A stretch of 60,567 nucleotides of DNA, from the IMG/VR virus record IMGVR_UViG_3300020045_010359, positions 1 to 60,567 of that record; one strand, 5' to 3'. Shown in pieces: positions 30,301 through 37,826 of the stretch. The first letter of the stretch is position 1, and each line of letters starts with the position of its first letter. Origin of the DNA: a virus (taxonomy: Duplodnaviria > Caudoviricetes). The position numbers and the translations under genes are program-made. Below the pieces are notes generated by a model. It did no database searches. It was given only the letters and a program-made list of their open reading frames with translations, and had not been told where the DNA came from.

Positions 30301-32040
30301 ATTGTTTTCTTTTAAATTTTTAAGTAACCAACAATCATTACCATTAGAATCTTTTACAAAAAAATAATTATTTAATTCTGGAGCTTCTCCATTTTTAATT
30401 TTATCAATTTCTTTTTCTAACATTTTATATTGAGAATAAGCATAAACAGTATCTCCATTTACATTTTTATGACTATCACTAAATGATTCTGGGTTATGCT
30501 CTAAATATAATTTTACCAATGTTGATTTAATATCATTAGCGACAGAATTTTCACCAACAAAAGGATTGTTTATTTCATCATCATTTTCTTCTGTATTTTT
30601 AAATTTAGAAAACATTTGATTAAAGAAAGAATTTTCATCTAATGTAACACTTAAATAAGTTCTAATTTTTTTTACTTCTTTTGGTACATATTTTGAATAT
30701 ATTTTTTCTTGTCCTTTTACTGAACTAAGCAAATCTAAAACTTGTTCTTTAGTTAATTCAATACCAATTTCATTGAATAATAATGATAATGCTGCACTTT
30801 TTGCACTATTATCTTTTAGTTTAGTTATTTCAGTGTATTGTTGATAAATCCCATTTGTTTCAACTTTACCAAGAGAATAATATTTACTATTTTTGAAATT
30901 TTCATACCATGTATCAATTACAATTTGTTCTGCACTGTTTCTATTAGAATTAGTTGGTGTTAAATCATAACCTCCTTTTTTACCTTTATTAAACAAAGTT
31001 AAATTAAAACGATTGTGTATTTTTTTAATATTTGTAAATAACTCATTTTTTCTTGCTTGAGAATAGTCATTTTCAATAGCATATTCTAAAGCTTCTAACC
31101 ACGGCATTTCTTTTTTATAATCTTCAAGAACATCTTTATAATTTTCTTGATTTAAATTTGGTGTGTTTGAAAAAATACGAAGTAATTGAGTATAAGCAGT
31201 ATCAATGTTTATAAATTTAGGAACACCATAAATAGTAAATTCTGGTTGAAATTCATCATTTACAAAAGTACCTTGCTCGATAGTAGCAAGTTTCATTTTT
31301 AAATTATTTGAAGCAGTAGATTTTGGGTCAACAGTAAATGAACTATCAGCCCATTGATTTTCTTTAATTTTACCAGCTTCATCTTGATTATCAGTCATTG
31401 AAATATCTTCATCATCAAAATAATCAATTGCTCTATTTTTAAATTTAAAACCCATTGCTTCTAATTTATCAACAGCAAGTTTTTCTAATTTAGACCAATT
31501 TTCTGGTAATAAAACATCTTCAATTTGTTTTTTAGATTCTTCTGTTTCTTGATATTGAACTAAATCAGTAAATTCTTTTTTAGCATGTGCAAAAGCTTTT
31601 TCTACATCAATTTTTTTATTTAAATTTATTTTATTTAAATTAAAATAATCCATTAAATAAAATACAATACTTTCTGTTGCTTCTTTTGCTTTTTCTTGTG
31701 ATACAACTGAATTAGAATCTAATGTAACAGCTTTTATTTGCTTTATAAGCTTGCTTCTTTCTTTTTCTGCATTCTCTGCTGATTCAATAGGTAATTCTTG
31801 CTTACGAACAAAATTTAACACACTATCTATATGAGGTTCACCTGTAAGATAAGTGTTTAATAGTTTAGTTTTTGATTTTATCCAATTACCAAAACTTAAT
31901 AAAAATTCAGATGAAGTTGCAACTCTATAAATAGAATCAGCAACTTCATTTGTTTTAAATTTTTTATATAAATCAGACCATAATCTTGATTGAGTATTTT
32001 TACCAGTTAATGGTGATTTAATTATTTTACATTGTGCCAT
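21331..32040 (-). CDS. Virion RNA polymerase polyprotein: crAss-type single-chain RNAP + zincin + A1S_2505-like domain + intein-containing Dda/RecD SF1 helicase
   Basis: TDAQ, QPQKP, YVKSS, ARIPNQGHNSM, GCDNDVDKLY (27961-27975); HELLH (~25370); IFVFGSN.EG.HG.GAA; GRAG|TGKS, DEIS, GD..QLPP, HKAQGSTY, YVAFSR. Start likely ATG 32040 (TAATG overlap). Confidence 0.9.
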   Translation of the reverse strand: MAQCKIIKSPLTGKNTQSRLWSDLYKKFKTNEVADSIYRVATSSEFLLSFGNWIKSKTKLLNTYLTGEPHIDSVLNFVRKQELPIESAENAEKERSKLIKQIKAVTLDSNSVVSQEKAKEATESIVFYLMDYFNLNKINLNKKIDVEKAFAHAKKEFTDLVQYQETEESKKQIEDVLLPENWSKLEKLAVDKLEAMGFKFKNRAIDYFDDEDISMTDNQDEAGKIKENQWADSSFTVDPKSTASNNLKMKLATIEQGTFVNDEFQPEFTIYGVPKFINIDTAYTQLLRIFSNTPNLNQENYKDVLEDYKKEMPWLEALEYAIENDYSQARKNELFTNIKKIHNRFNLTLFNKGKKGGYDLTPTNSNRNSAEQIVIDTWYENFKNSKYYSLGKVETNGIYQQYTEITKLKDNSAKSAALSLLFNEIGIELTKEQVLDLLSSVKGQEKIYSKYVPKEVKKIRTYLSVTLDENSFFNQMFSKFKNTEENDDEINNPFVGENSVANDIKSTLVKLYLEHNPESFSDSHKNVNGDTVYAYSQYKMLEKEIDKIKNGEAPELNNYFFVKDSNGNDCWLLKNLKENNINLEYREGLKKRGDDTGTDPIKATEKEYELHVLAEILNKGNKKRIVRLPTISDKTTCPSLRVPEVKLAVNNSLISDSGMEKLYELAFAERKRIQEARYLIENEKSLPSNFKTGSQLFLFFPLLNKNKLKEAIVNGDIQGYSVEEIDSIFANNNDLPTDDLIKSIVDVTLGKQVYERLNIWRNLSIVPNENDITNGEKIFLDSQWMQKNKFKAFSTTYKNNKKTITANKGEVTQAYLQAALEVEYYQMLVAGEYYRVIGGDPAWAFKKNEDATAVEVIKRNAKDIAPGNEPHWMLWDIESKSFKMQKNYKIAIVKDVVLASANEYINSNPVLKKAYSEIKGTDAQEWTLATEHLDTLFAKGQVEDDIYITLKTKLHNQEQNGVNNTNRLSQEELTVIMQPQKPVQVVNYTVGNFVSKVYVKSSSIPLVPQLLEGTELKKIQEKMAKLGIQRFAFETAVKVGGFNMNKIYDDNGKLLDDFDLKSITLNREGFRIQQEVPYDENKAKIVTISQMNKLITEGILNMEGFVFKDETLTGEEVRNKKEDLRKQMFEIGKQELFEKLKVSEEPIFDKEGVQIGNKLKFNKLSKIKDMILEEAYSRGFPLNDIYSLKLTEQGDEFEIPLFFNNSSNKFESLLTSVVSKIVLNKMPGKSYVQSSNQSWIFNEDYDLNNSDITFTNSSNFDKTKGLQTITQKDGKVISAQVLIPFNYKDNNGKALKLGQNIKIEDIDPELFKLVGARIPNQGHNSMIPLEVVGFLPPYMGDVVIYPSELTIQMGCDNDVDKLYTYQFNTRLLNNGKLEKYNEGHGSMKQLQNDYIDLHFSVLTHSDMTNKILAPLDVQDLADAAKVINTEDKKVRSLISAEFNKQAQFENRSGKDGVGAESLASTYNSILQGRKIELMKSDKDGNPVPFFLNIRNSKGQIISLNAFSDNKNLKGVGHTIFNVYDKVGNITGTYERNKALNIQNLQSESVDNAKSGILGKINLNNTTFAVANALLMLEDSTKTELNVANNNTVAFILKQEIVEEYVKSMELLNDRTIEEFDPYKKENMVKGLIEKYSKLAGIISNFKFDETYVLPSETDLLNIKLNLKETNSKAYYMHQVDILKFFLKLEELGNSMRDVMTSTNSDSKGVGKSLISANIKAQRFNRIEANSIYTSPLLNSDEMIQIDGIDSLTNGTELGSATNNSIKLASNLFSDLYVYNSPVIQNIFELYAGIKGLNSLNDISESEQRLLLNEFKAFIFTSKDLDLISNVQSEQERLLKGENSLSERLLKLKKQYKNNYFLKRLGVKNEEGIKMVVYNAAISLEYDDAENTRGFAELLLNEDTKDFAVDLIKYSYLTSGTQNAKNFLKYIPASILLNNKFSENLRSINESLYDELNNSGIELSFLKQFIQNNPYKALKVTDEFITGGSKTFDVKDSNIQKISRTNYLKEEQRNLLNFNGLTLPPLFIYKYVMNPKSKMFEPVLYQLYINSNGAAVDYVYNVIPTLGTDKLGITEYNANLNFWDNKPSIINENNTRYIETQKTIEPEIIKEEIEKENNNTEQEKLLDKYNIQDGKFSNEALQTSLSLIKTFGSDDHKIIAELLSEIPEAKQTKIGNNNKLNAQAEALPAQKIISTNIEKITIAADVLNITAEQQLQKTLLHELLHVVTSDKIDKWEKDNTSVTKEEAKAIENLNKLKDVVIEKLKEIGTVNIDGNVINYEGYLNYLKNYKSDAPTRYSSTDVNIYYCLTDSHEFITGAMTKPEFQKFINKIKYSGDKSFFDRFSALLTKLLKAIAKSYNITSINEGSVLENAIGNILVLSEDKNKTNIKIESTKRQPNEFTPDNITSLKPNEIFVFGSNAEGAHGKGAALLAKEKFGAKQGQAEGLQGQSYAVITKKDWRKEKSSTLGEIENGLREMLHFARENSDKKFLVTKLGSSLAGYTVGEIKNLFIQLQDFIPNNVVLPKEYEVRDNDALLTNVENVYTSDTFKYFGANYTIKIKNGKAIEVENYKGKQIDENKILNAYNNNPDVDPQNGKNFRNVETKAIEKQVITDSQILNLEKFNTININGVELETTATKNGKKISIELTTGQKEALQEVANAYDNFLNKKGDNEFRLLGRAGCLGYGTKVLMFDGKFKEVQDVKIGDLLMGVDSTPRTVLDLKRGIEQMYWVHQVKGASYRVNEQHILSLKEVNSDRKTVKVKNIKLIDYLNLSKGNTLKKQGKGYQCEAIEFTKKELLINPYYLGLWLGDGHTESIRKITNIDIEIIQYLKEIGITNENNITYTIHNKNKELTDAFKKIYNIQNSTKLEEKYIPDEYLYSSIEDRLNLLAGLFDSDGYYCKKGKTYEICSKHKLLAEQITYLCRSLGFKVTNSIKTITNSKFKKEKYFYYRLSITVDRLIPCKIKRKQNELRTQIKNLRHTGIKIEKDIVDKYYGFALDGDNLFILEDFTVTHNTGKSTVIKIIKEYINKRSPYNKGLVIMTPTHKAGKVASNMVNGRTGNYITVASALAKAKMGQKVLPTVIALDEISTINKYDFDSLNNIYPPESGVFKVVMGDKGQLPPIGNTVFSKQLNARANKLSDYFNKRTSNSYELTEVKRFDDDTAIALLTNTVRSNLKDLKGGIVQYGNTEHVKIVDSKQRLVDAFMYYRSLYKTDNEKGLVKLIAYGNNTVDMYNNQIRTRLYKEEADKPLLKGEILMGDLNWGMSATETPIQNSQDYIVLNDPIEKEGLINFPVFENGKAVRQEKIQFLSYGVEAVEVQDKPDEYAQTKFVRWVDISKNENKEFAQKLFNVFLEKNKIDKKFQFASEPNKFLQEIEKMGIVVPNVLYRIESNKHVTDYKGLMAARRNSLKAQGKTETNEQLIAAIDKALESNAITSISGNIGYGYAITTHKAQGSTYKHVMVDEENISYKEDKRLTVDENGDFFAYEANQMRYVAFSRPTDTLVIYTQKQTGDNFIVAENKKEELSISQTANDSIKLKSSLDDFLKSLTPSERLAFTKLKLNKTIETKC
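23002..24000 (-). mobile_element. Intein with LAGLIDADG homing endonuclease (333 aa)
   Basis: Starts CLGYGTKV, block B VNEQHIL, LGLWLGDG and LAGLFDSDG, ends VTHN with +1 Thr; splicing restores GRAGTGKS. Confidence 0.93.
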
Positions 32041-35000
32041 TAGCAATCTCCGTCTTTTAATTGTATTTGATTATTGTTAGTATAAGAAATACTAAGTTCT
32101 TTTTTAAATTTATTTTTAAATCTATCCATCATTGGATTTTTAATGGTTGTTTGTTGAGTTTCAGTATTTTCGACAGGTGTTGTTTTTGATTCGTTAGATA
32201 CATTTGTTGTTGTTTTTATATCAGGTTTACCCCAAGTTATTTCTCCTTTTTTTACTAATTTCCATTGTCCATCTTTCTTTTCATATATTGCAGGCGTCAC
32301 ATTTGTAATTTTATCTTTTGTTCTTGCGTTTAAAGATTTGAAAACTGGAAAAATATATAAATCTGGGTAGTTAAAAGCATCAACATTTGTGCTATCATTT
32401 GAAATAAATTCAACAAATGCTTTATTTTCATTAATAACATTTATTTTAAATAGTGCACCAAAACTTTCTTTTGATGAAACAGAGTTTTTTGAAAAATCAC
32501 CATTAGGTTGTGGGGTTGAACCAAATTCAACAAATTTTGTTTTTATATTTTCAACAGGTCTTGTTTCATCTAAAATTATATTTGTTTCTTCTGTTTCTAA
32601 AGGAGTATCTTTTGTATCTAATTTTTCAACAGCTATTTTTGCTCTTTCAATATCCTCTATTGCTTGTTGTGAAAAACTTTCAGTGTTGTTTATTTTATTC
32701 AGTTCTTCAAGTGGAACAATATGCAGTTCAACATGCTCGTTTTGATATTTTATACTATTTTTAATAGCATATTCTTTAGAAAAACTTTGTCCTGTTGCTA
32801 TATCTTCTACTTTTTCTCTAAATAATTCAACGGCATCTTTTCCACCTTTTGTTTTTACAAAATTTCCTTTTTTCCAATTTGTTGTTTCTTCATTTCCATA
32901 TAAATTCCATTTTACAAAATTATTATCTTCAAATTTTTTATTTTCTTCAATTTTTTCAACTTTATGCTTAAAAACAGAATTGTAATTTATTTGAAAAACA
33001 GGTTGTTCAATATAAACATATTCATCTTCTACTTTATTTTTACCGTTTACATTAGTAATTATTCTACCTTTTACATGTTCAGTATAATTTACTTTTTGTT
33101 CATTAAATATTTCAAAGTCTTCTTCTCCAACAACAACTTTTGGTATTTCAGTTTTAACATTTGAATCTTCTAATAATTGTTCATTACCAACTGTAATTTC
33201 AACTGTTTGTCTTTTACTTTTAATGTATTCTTCTAATACTTGAAAAGCTTGAGCTAAACCTACTGTTTTTAATAAACCATTATATTCAGAACTATTTACA
33301 TTATTTATCTGCAAACCTTGTTTTTTAGCTAAATCTTTCAAAGCCATTTGTGCATCTTGAATACTACGAATATATAAAATTGCATCTACATTATTACCAG
33401 TAACTTCATCTTTTTTAAAAATTACACCAGGAATCATAACTTGTATTGCTTTTTTGTTATCTTCTGTTGAAGAATCATCTGCAAAATCTACAAATATTTT
33501 TCCTCTATTTATTTTATTCCCATTTTCATCAAGTAGTTTTATAGAACTCATGTTTGGAATAAATGTACAATAAATAGATAAAAACTTTTTTAAATCTGAA
33601 ACCTTATTTAATCTCAATGTTGTATTTTTTATTTTAACAGTTTTACCATCATCTGTTTTTTTAGACATTAAAAAATCTCTAATTGTTTGAAAAAATAAAG
33701 AATGTTGTTCTTCTGATGTTTTTTTAGATATAATAGGAACAGCTACACTTCTTTCAGTACCATCTGCTTGATTTCTCATTGGTACTAATAAAACTGGCGT
33801 GCCCGCAATAGCAGACAATGCTTCTTTTTTATTCATAACTTCATCTTTTGCTAAAGTATCAGCAGATACATATAAACTTCCATCATTTCCTACGACTGCA
33901 AATTTAATATCGTTGCTTGGTAATAATTTAGCAGCTTCATCGTATGTAGTTTCACCTTTGACAAGATTCCAACTTATTTTTCCAGGATTAATACTTTCTA
34001 TTGTAACATCATATTGAATGTTTTTATCTTGTTCAAAATTTGTTAAAAGTTGTTTTCTCAATTTTACATTTTCAGCAAATGATTTTACTATGTCTTCAAA
34101 ACTTTCTCCAGCAGAATTTCTAAATACTTCTGTACTATTGTAATTTTCTTTGAAATATTTTACAATTTCTGCATTTTTATTTTGCAAAGCTAAATCTACA
34201 AACATATTAATTTGCTCGTTTGTTAAAATATCAATACCGTTTTTATCTTTTATTTCTAATATCCATTTGGGAGTATGTAAAAATGTAGTTGTATTTTCGT
34301 CAATAACTATTTTTATTGGAAAATCTAATTGTGCTAATTTATTTTCATCATTTGAATATTGATGAAACAAATCATTTTCATAATCAACACTCAATTTAAC
34401 ATCAGATAAACCACTGAATTTTTCATTAGACAAAAAGAAATGATTATTATTAATAGTGTTTAATTTTGTTGTTGTTATTTTACCATTTTTTTCTGTATAT
34501 TCATGTGTTAAAATAGCTAATGAACTTTCTGGGCTTGTGTTTTTTAAATGTTCATAATCAACAGCAGATTTAATATTACTAAAAACTTCATCTAATTCTT
34601 TTGGTGTAACTGGTGGTTGGTCAGCTAAATCTGTTTTAAATGTTTTTTCAGCAGTTTGTTTTTTAAAATCAAGATAAGTTGTACTAATTTGATTTGCAGT
34701 TATACCTCCACCAAAAGAAGCATTTAAAATTGAAGTTAACATGTTATATTCAACTTCATTTAATTTACCAATCTCTGCTACTTTTTTAAGTATAGTTTCA
34801 GACAAATCTTTTCTTGCTATTTGTGGATTTTTCTTTCTAAGTATTTCAGCCATTTTAATTACAATAGGCTTTACTTTACTTGTAAGCTCTTCAAATTTAG
34901 AAAATTCATCTTCTTCTACATTTAATTCTTTTCTTCCTTGTAATAAACTTGCAACATCAGCAGCTAATAAATCTAATTCATCATCTTCTGTTGTTTGTGT

Positions 35001-37826
35001 TATTTGAGAAGATGTTTGCTGAGAAACAGCTGCTTGACTAACTGGTTGTTGTACTATTTGTGGCTGACTTGTTGGTTGTACTGTTTGTTGCGTTGTGGCT
35101 GGTGTATTTTGAGTTACAGGCTGTGCTACTTGTAAAGCAGACTGAACAGCTGCTTGTGTTTGTTGAACAGCTGCTTGCGCTGGCTGAGCTGATTGTCTTG
35201 CTTGTGTAGCTTGTTGTCTTTGTAAATTAGTTACTGGTGCTACTGGTGTTATAGCAGCACTTGTATTTTTTACTATATTATCACCAAGTTGTTTGTAATA
35301 TGCTAAAGTAGCAGATTGTTTTGCTAAATTTTCTGGTATTCTACTAAATAAATAAGATTTAAAATTATTTATGTCATTAGTAAATTCTTTTTGACCTTCT
35401 TCAGTTTTTAAATTTTGATATGTCTCAAGAAAAGCTTGTCTTTTATTATATAATTTGTTTAAATCAGAAACCATTTCTTGAACTTCATCAAATTTATCTG
35501 GATTACCATCTTTTAATTTTGTAAACTGTTTATTAATAACATTGTTATTATTTATTAAATTAACAAAATTATCAAAATCACTATTGTACATTTTTAATAA
35601 TTTTTTAGCTTCTTTTTTTTCTTTTTCAGAAGCTTTACTTTGTTCTAAAGCTATTAATTCTTCTTTTAATTTAGCATACTGTTCTTTTGGATTATCAATA
35701 TCTTTTTTGTAACCTTCTTCTCGAACATTTTCAACAGTGGATAATGCTTTTTCAACTTTTTTATTTTGCTTTAAAATATTAAAATTTACTTTTAAAGAAT
35801 CAATTAGATTTTGACTTGATATTCCTCCAACAACATTACTTATTTCTGTATAAATATTTTTTTCTCTTGCGTCAATATTTTTTAAATTGGCAATAGTATA
35901 AGCAAGACCTTCTGTTACGTCTTCATCTTGTGATGGATTTAATCTTTCAGCAATTTTAACTGCATCACGAATTGAATTAGCTTTTTCTTTAATAGAAGAA
36001 ACAAGTTTTTGTTTTTCTTGTTTAACTTCTTCTTCTGATTTATTATTAAACCCCATAAGCTGTTTAAATTCATTAGTGTCAAGATTGCTTATGTTTTTAG
36101 TTAAGTCGTCTGTAATCGAAGAAAAATAGCCTCCTTTGATGCGCGAATGAACATAATTAAAAAACTGGTCATTCTCTTTATTTTTTCTTTCAAAAATAGT
36201 TTCTTGCCCTATATTTGGTTTGTTGGTTGATTCTCTCGCTACCATTTGAAGCAATGCTTTTGTTGAAACATTTGCTTTATTAGTATTCATTAAATTTACC
36301 AAATGATTTGTTGACTCATTGTTTTCTTTAATTTCATTAACAGCACCAAACATACCACCTTGCATTTGAATATCATTAGAACCATCTTCTTTTTTTCCAA
36401 AATGAGGAAAACCCATTCCACCAATAATCATTCCTATACCAACTTCTTTCAAACCTTCTTCTGTACCGTATGTTTGTTTTATACCATCCCATAAAGCAGA
36501 ATATAAATTGTAACCTTCTTCATGTCCTTTTGGGTCGTATTTAGCAGCAACGTATCTTTTAGCAGAATCACTAATAACACCTTGTCCACCTTCTTCAACA
36601 AGACCTTCTGATATTGGAGTTTTTATGATATTACCAGCAGTTAATACTGCTTTTTTAGTTTTAGAATAAGTGTCCCAAGCATTAATAAAATCCATGTTTT
36701 TTATATCATCAACAGATTTACCAAGTGCTTTAGCAGCATTTTCTAATTCATTTTCGCCAAGTTTTTCAACTGTTTTTATTGGATTTAATCCTAATTTATT
36801 TTTAGTAGCATTTAATAAATCGGCTGTTTTATTAAATGTTTTAGGTAGCATAATTGCATTACCAACTGATAATAAAGCCATATTAGCAGCAAAAACTGTA
36901 TTAGCAGCATTGTTTGCTTCTGAAACTATTTTAGCATACTCTTCTGACTTTTCATCAATTGGTACACCAAGTTCTAATTCTTTTTTACTTTTTAAATCTT
37001 TAATAATTTCTTTTTTAACATTATTAGCTTCTACACCAGCTTCATATCCAGCACCAGTAATTAACTGTCTTGTGAAACCAGCAGCATCTTTAATGTTTTC
37101 TACTGCTGTTATTTTTTTTATTAAAGTTGAAGCTTTTGTTGTGTTGTTAATTGTATTTTCTAAATTCAAAGCTTTTTGAGCAACAGAACCAATTTTTCCT
37201 AAACCAGAAGCAATTAATGGTGTTGCATAACCAGCAGTTAAAGTTTCTGATAATACTGCACCAGCAGTAAAACTTAAACCGCCTAAAACATCATCAGCCC
37301 AAAATTTAACAAAACCTCCGCCACCGCCACCGTACATTTGTTTATACCAAGCTGTATCTTCTGCTTCTTTTGTCTGATGAAATTGTAATTTTTCATCCAT
37401 CCATTCATTAGCTTTATCCATAGCTTTACTAAAATCATTATCATAAAATTTATTTAATTCTCCAGTTGCTAACATATCAACAAGACCATAGGCTGAACCA
37501 ACTGTTCCTCCTAAAGTTGCAGTTAATGTTTTACCAACAAATTTACCAATACCTTTTACCCATTGATTTACAGCATCTTCTTCTTGCCCTAACTGCTCGT
37601 GTACAAGTTCACTATCTTGAAAATTATCCCCAGATAAACTTGGTGCTTTATCTAAATTAGATATATCAACAGAAGATGTTCCTTTAACAGTTGATTCACT
37701 TAACGCTTGTCTATTTAAAGGTTGAATAGGTGCACCTAATGATTTACTTAAAGCATCTAATGGGTCTAATCCTAATTCTTCTGGATTAACCAATGCTTGA
37801 TTTTGTTTTAATTTTTCTTTTGCCAT
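32040..37826 (-). CDS. Giant virion cargo protein (1928 aa)
   Basis: Gly-rich hydrophobic N-terminal helices, EG..EEG.Q motif, coiled coils, Q/T/P linker; directly upstream of RNAP. Confidence 0.75.
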   Translation of the reverse strand: MAKEKLKQNQALVNPEELGLDPLDALSKSLGAPIQPLNRQALSESTVKGTSSVDISNLDKAPSLSGDNFQDSELVHEQLGQEEDAVNQWVKGIGKFVGKTLTATLGGTVGSAYGLVDMLATGELNKFYDNDFSKAMDKANEWMDEKLQFHQTKEAEDTAWYKQMYGGGGGGFVKFWADDVLGGLSFTAGAVLSETLTAGYATPLIASGLGKIGSVAQKALNLENTINNTTKASTLIKKITAVENIKDAAGFTRQLITGAGYEAGVEANNVKKEIIKDLKSKKELELGVPIDEKSEEYAKIVSEANNAANTVFAANMALLSVGNAIMLPKTFNKTADLLNATKNKLGLNPIKTVEKLGENELENAAKALGKSVDDIKNMDFINAWDTYSKTKKAVLTAGNIIKTPISEGLVEEGGQGVISDSAKRYVAAKYDPKGHEEGYNLYSALWDGIKQTYGTEEGLKEVGIGMIIGGMGFPHFGKKEDGSNDIQMQGGMFGAVNEIKENNESTNHLVNLMNTNKANVSTKALLQMVARESTNKPNIGQETIFERKNKENDQFFNYVHSRIKGGYFSSITDDLTKNISNLDTNEFKQLMGFNNKSEEEVKQEKQKLVSSIKEKANSIRDAVKIAERLNPSQDEDVTEGLAYTIANLKNIDAREKNIYTEISNVVGGISSQNLIDSLKVNFNILKQNKKVEKALSTVENVREEGYKKDIDNPKEQYAKLKEELIALEQSKASEKEKKEAKKLLKMYNSDFDNFVNLINNNNVINKQFTKLKDGNPDKFDEVQEMVSDLNKLYNKRQAFLETYQNLKTEEGQKEFTNDINNFKSYLFSRIPENLAKQSATLAYYKQLGDNIVKNTSAAITPVAPVTNLQRQQATQARQSAQPAQAAVQQTQAAVQSALQVAQPVTQNTPATTQQTVQPTSQPQIVQQPVSQAAVSQQTSSQITQTTEDDELDLLAADVASLLQGRKELNVEEDEFSKFEELTSKVKPIVIKMAEILRKKNPQIARKDLSETILKKVAEIGKLNEVEYNMLTSILNASFGGGITANQISTTYLDFKKQTAEKTFKTDLADQPPVTPKELDEVFSNIKSAVDYEHLKNTSPESSLAILTHEYTEKNGKITTTKLNTINNNHFFLSNEKFSGLSDVKLSVDYENDLFHQYSNDENKLAQLDFPIKIVIDENTTTFLHTPKWILEIKDKNGIDILTNEQINMFVDLALQNKNAEIVKYFKENYNSTEVFRNSAGESFEDIVKSFAENVKLRKQLLTNFEQDKNIQYDVTIESINPGKISWNLVKGETTYDEAAKLLPSNDIKFAVVGNDGSLYVSADTLAKDEVMNKKEALSAIAGTPVLLVPMRNQADGTERSVAVPIISKKTSEEQHSLFFQTIRDFLMSKKTDDGKTVKIKNTTLRLNKVSDLKKFLSIYCTFIPNMSSIKLLDENGNKINRGKIFVDFADDSSTEDNKKAIQVMIPGVIFKKDEVTGNNVDAILYIRSIQDAQMALKDLAKKQGLQINNVNSSEYNGLLKTVGLAQAFQVLEEYIKSKRQTVEITVGNEQLLEDSNVKTEIPKVVVGEEDFEIFNEQKVNYTEHVKGRIITNVNGKNKVEDEYVYIEQPVFQINYNSVFKHKVEKIEENKKFEDNNFVKWNLYGNEETTNWKKGNFVKTKGGKDAVELFREKVEDIATGQSFSKEYAIKNSIKYQNEHVELHIVPLEELNKINNTESFSQQAIEDIERAKIAVEKLDTKDTPLETEETNIILDETRPVENIKTKFVEFGSTPQPNGDFSKNSVSSKESFGALFKINVINENKAFVEFISNDSTNVDAFNYPDLYIFPVFKSLNARTKDKITNVTPAIYEKKDGQWKLVKKGEITWGKPDIKTTTNVSNESKTTPVENTETQQTTIKNPMMDRFKNKFKKELSISYTNNNQIQLKDGDC

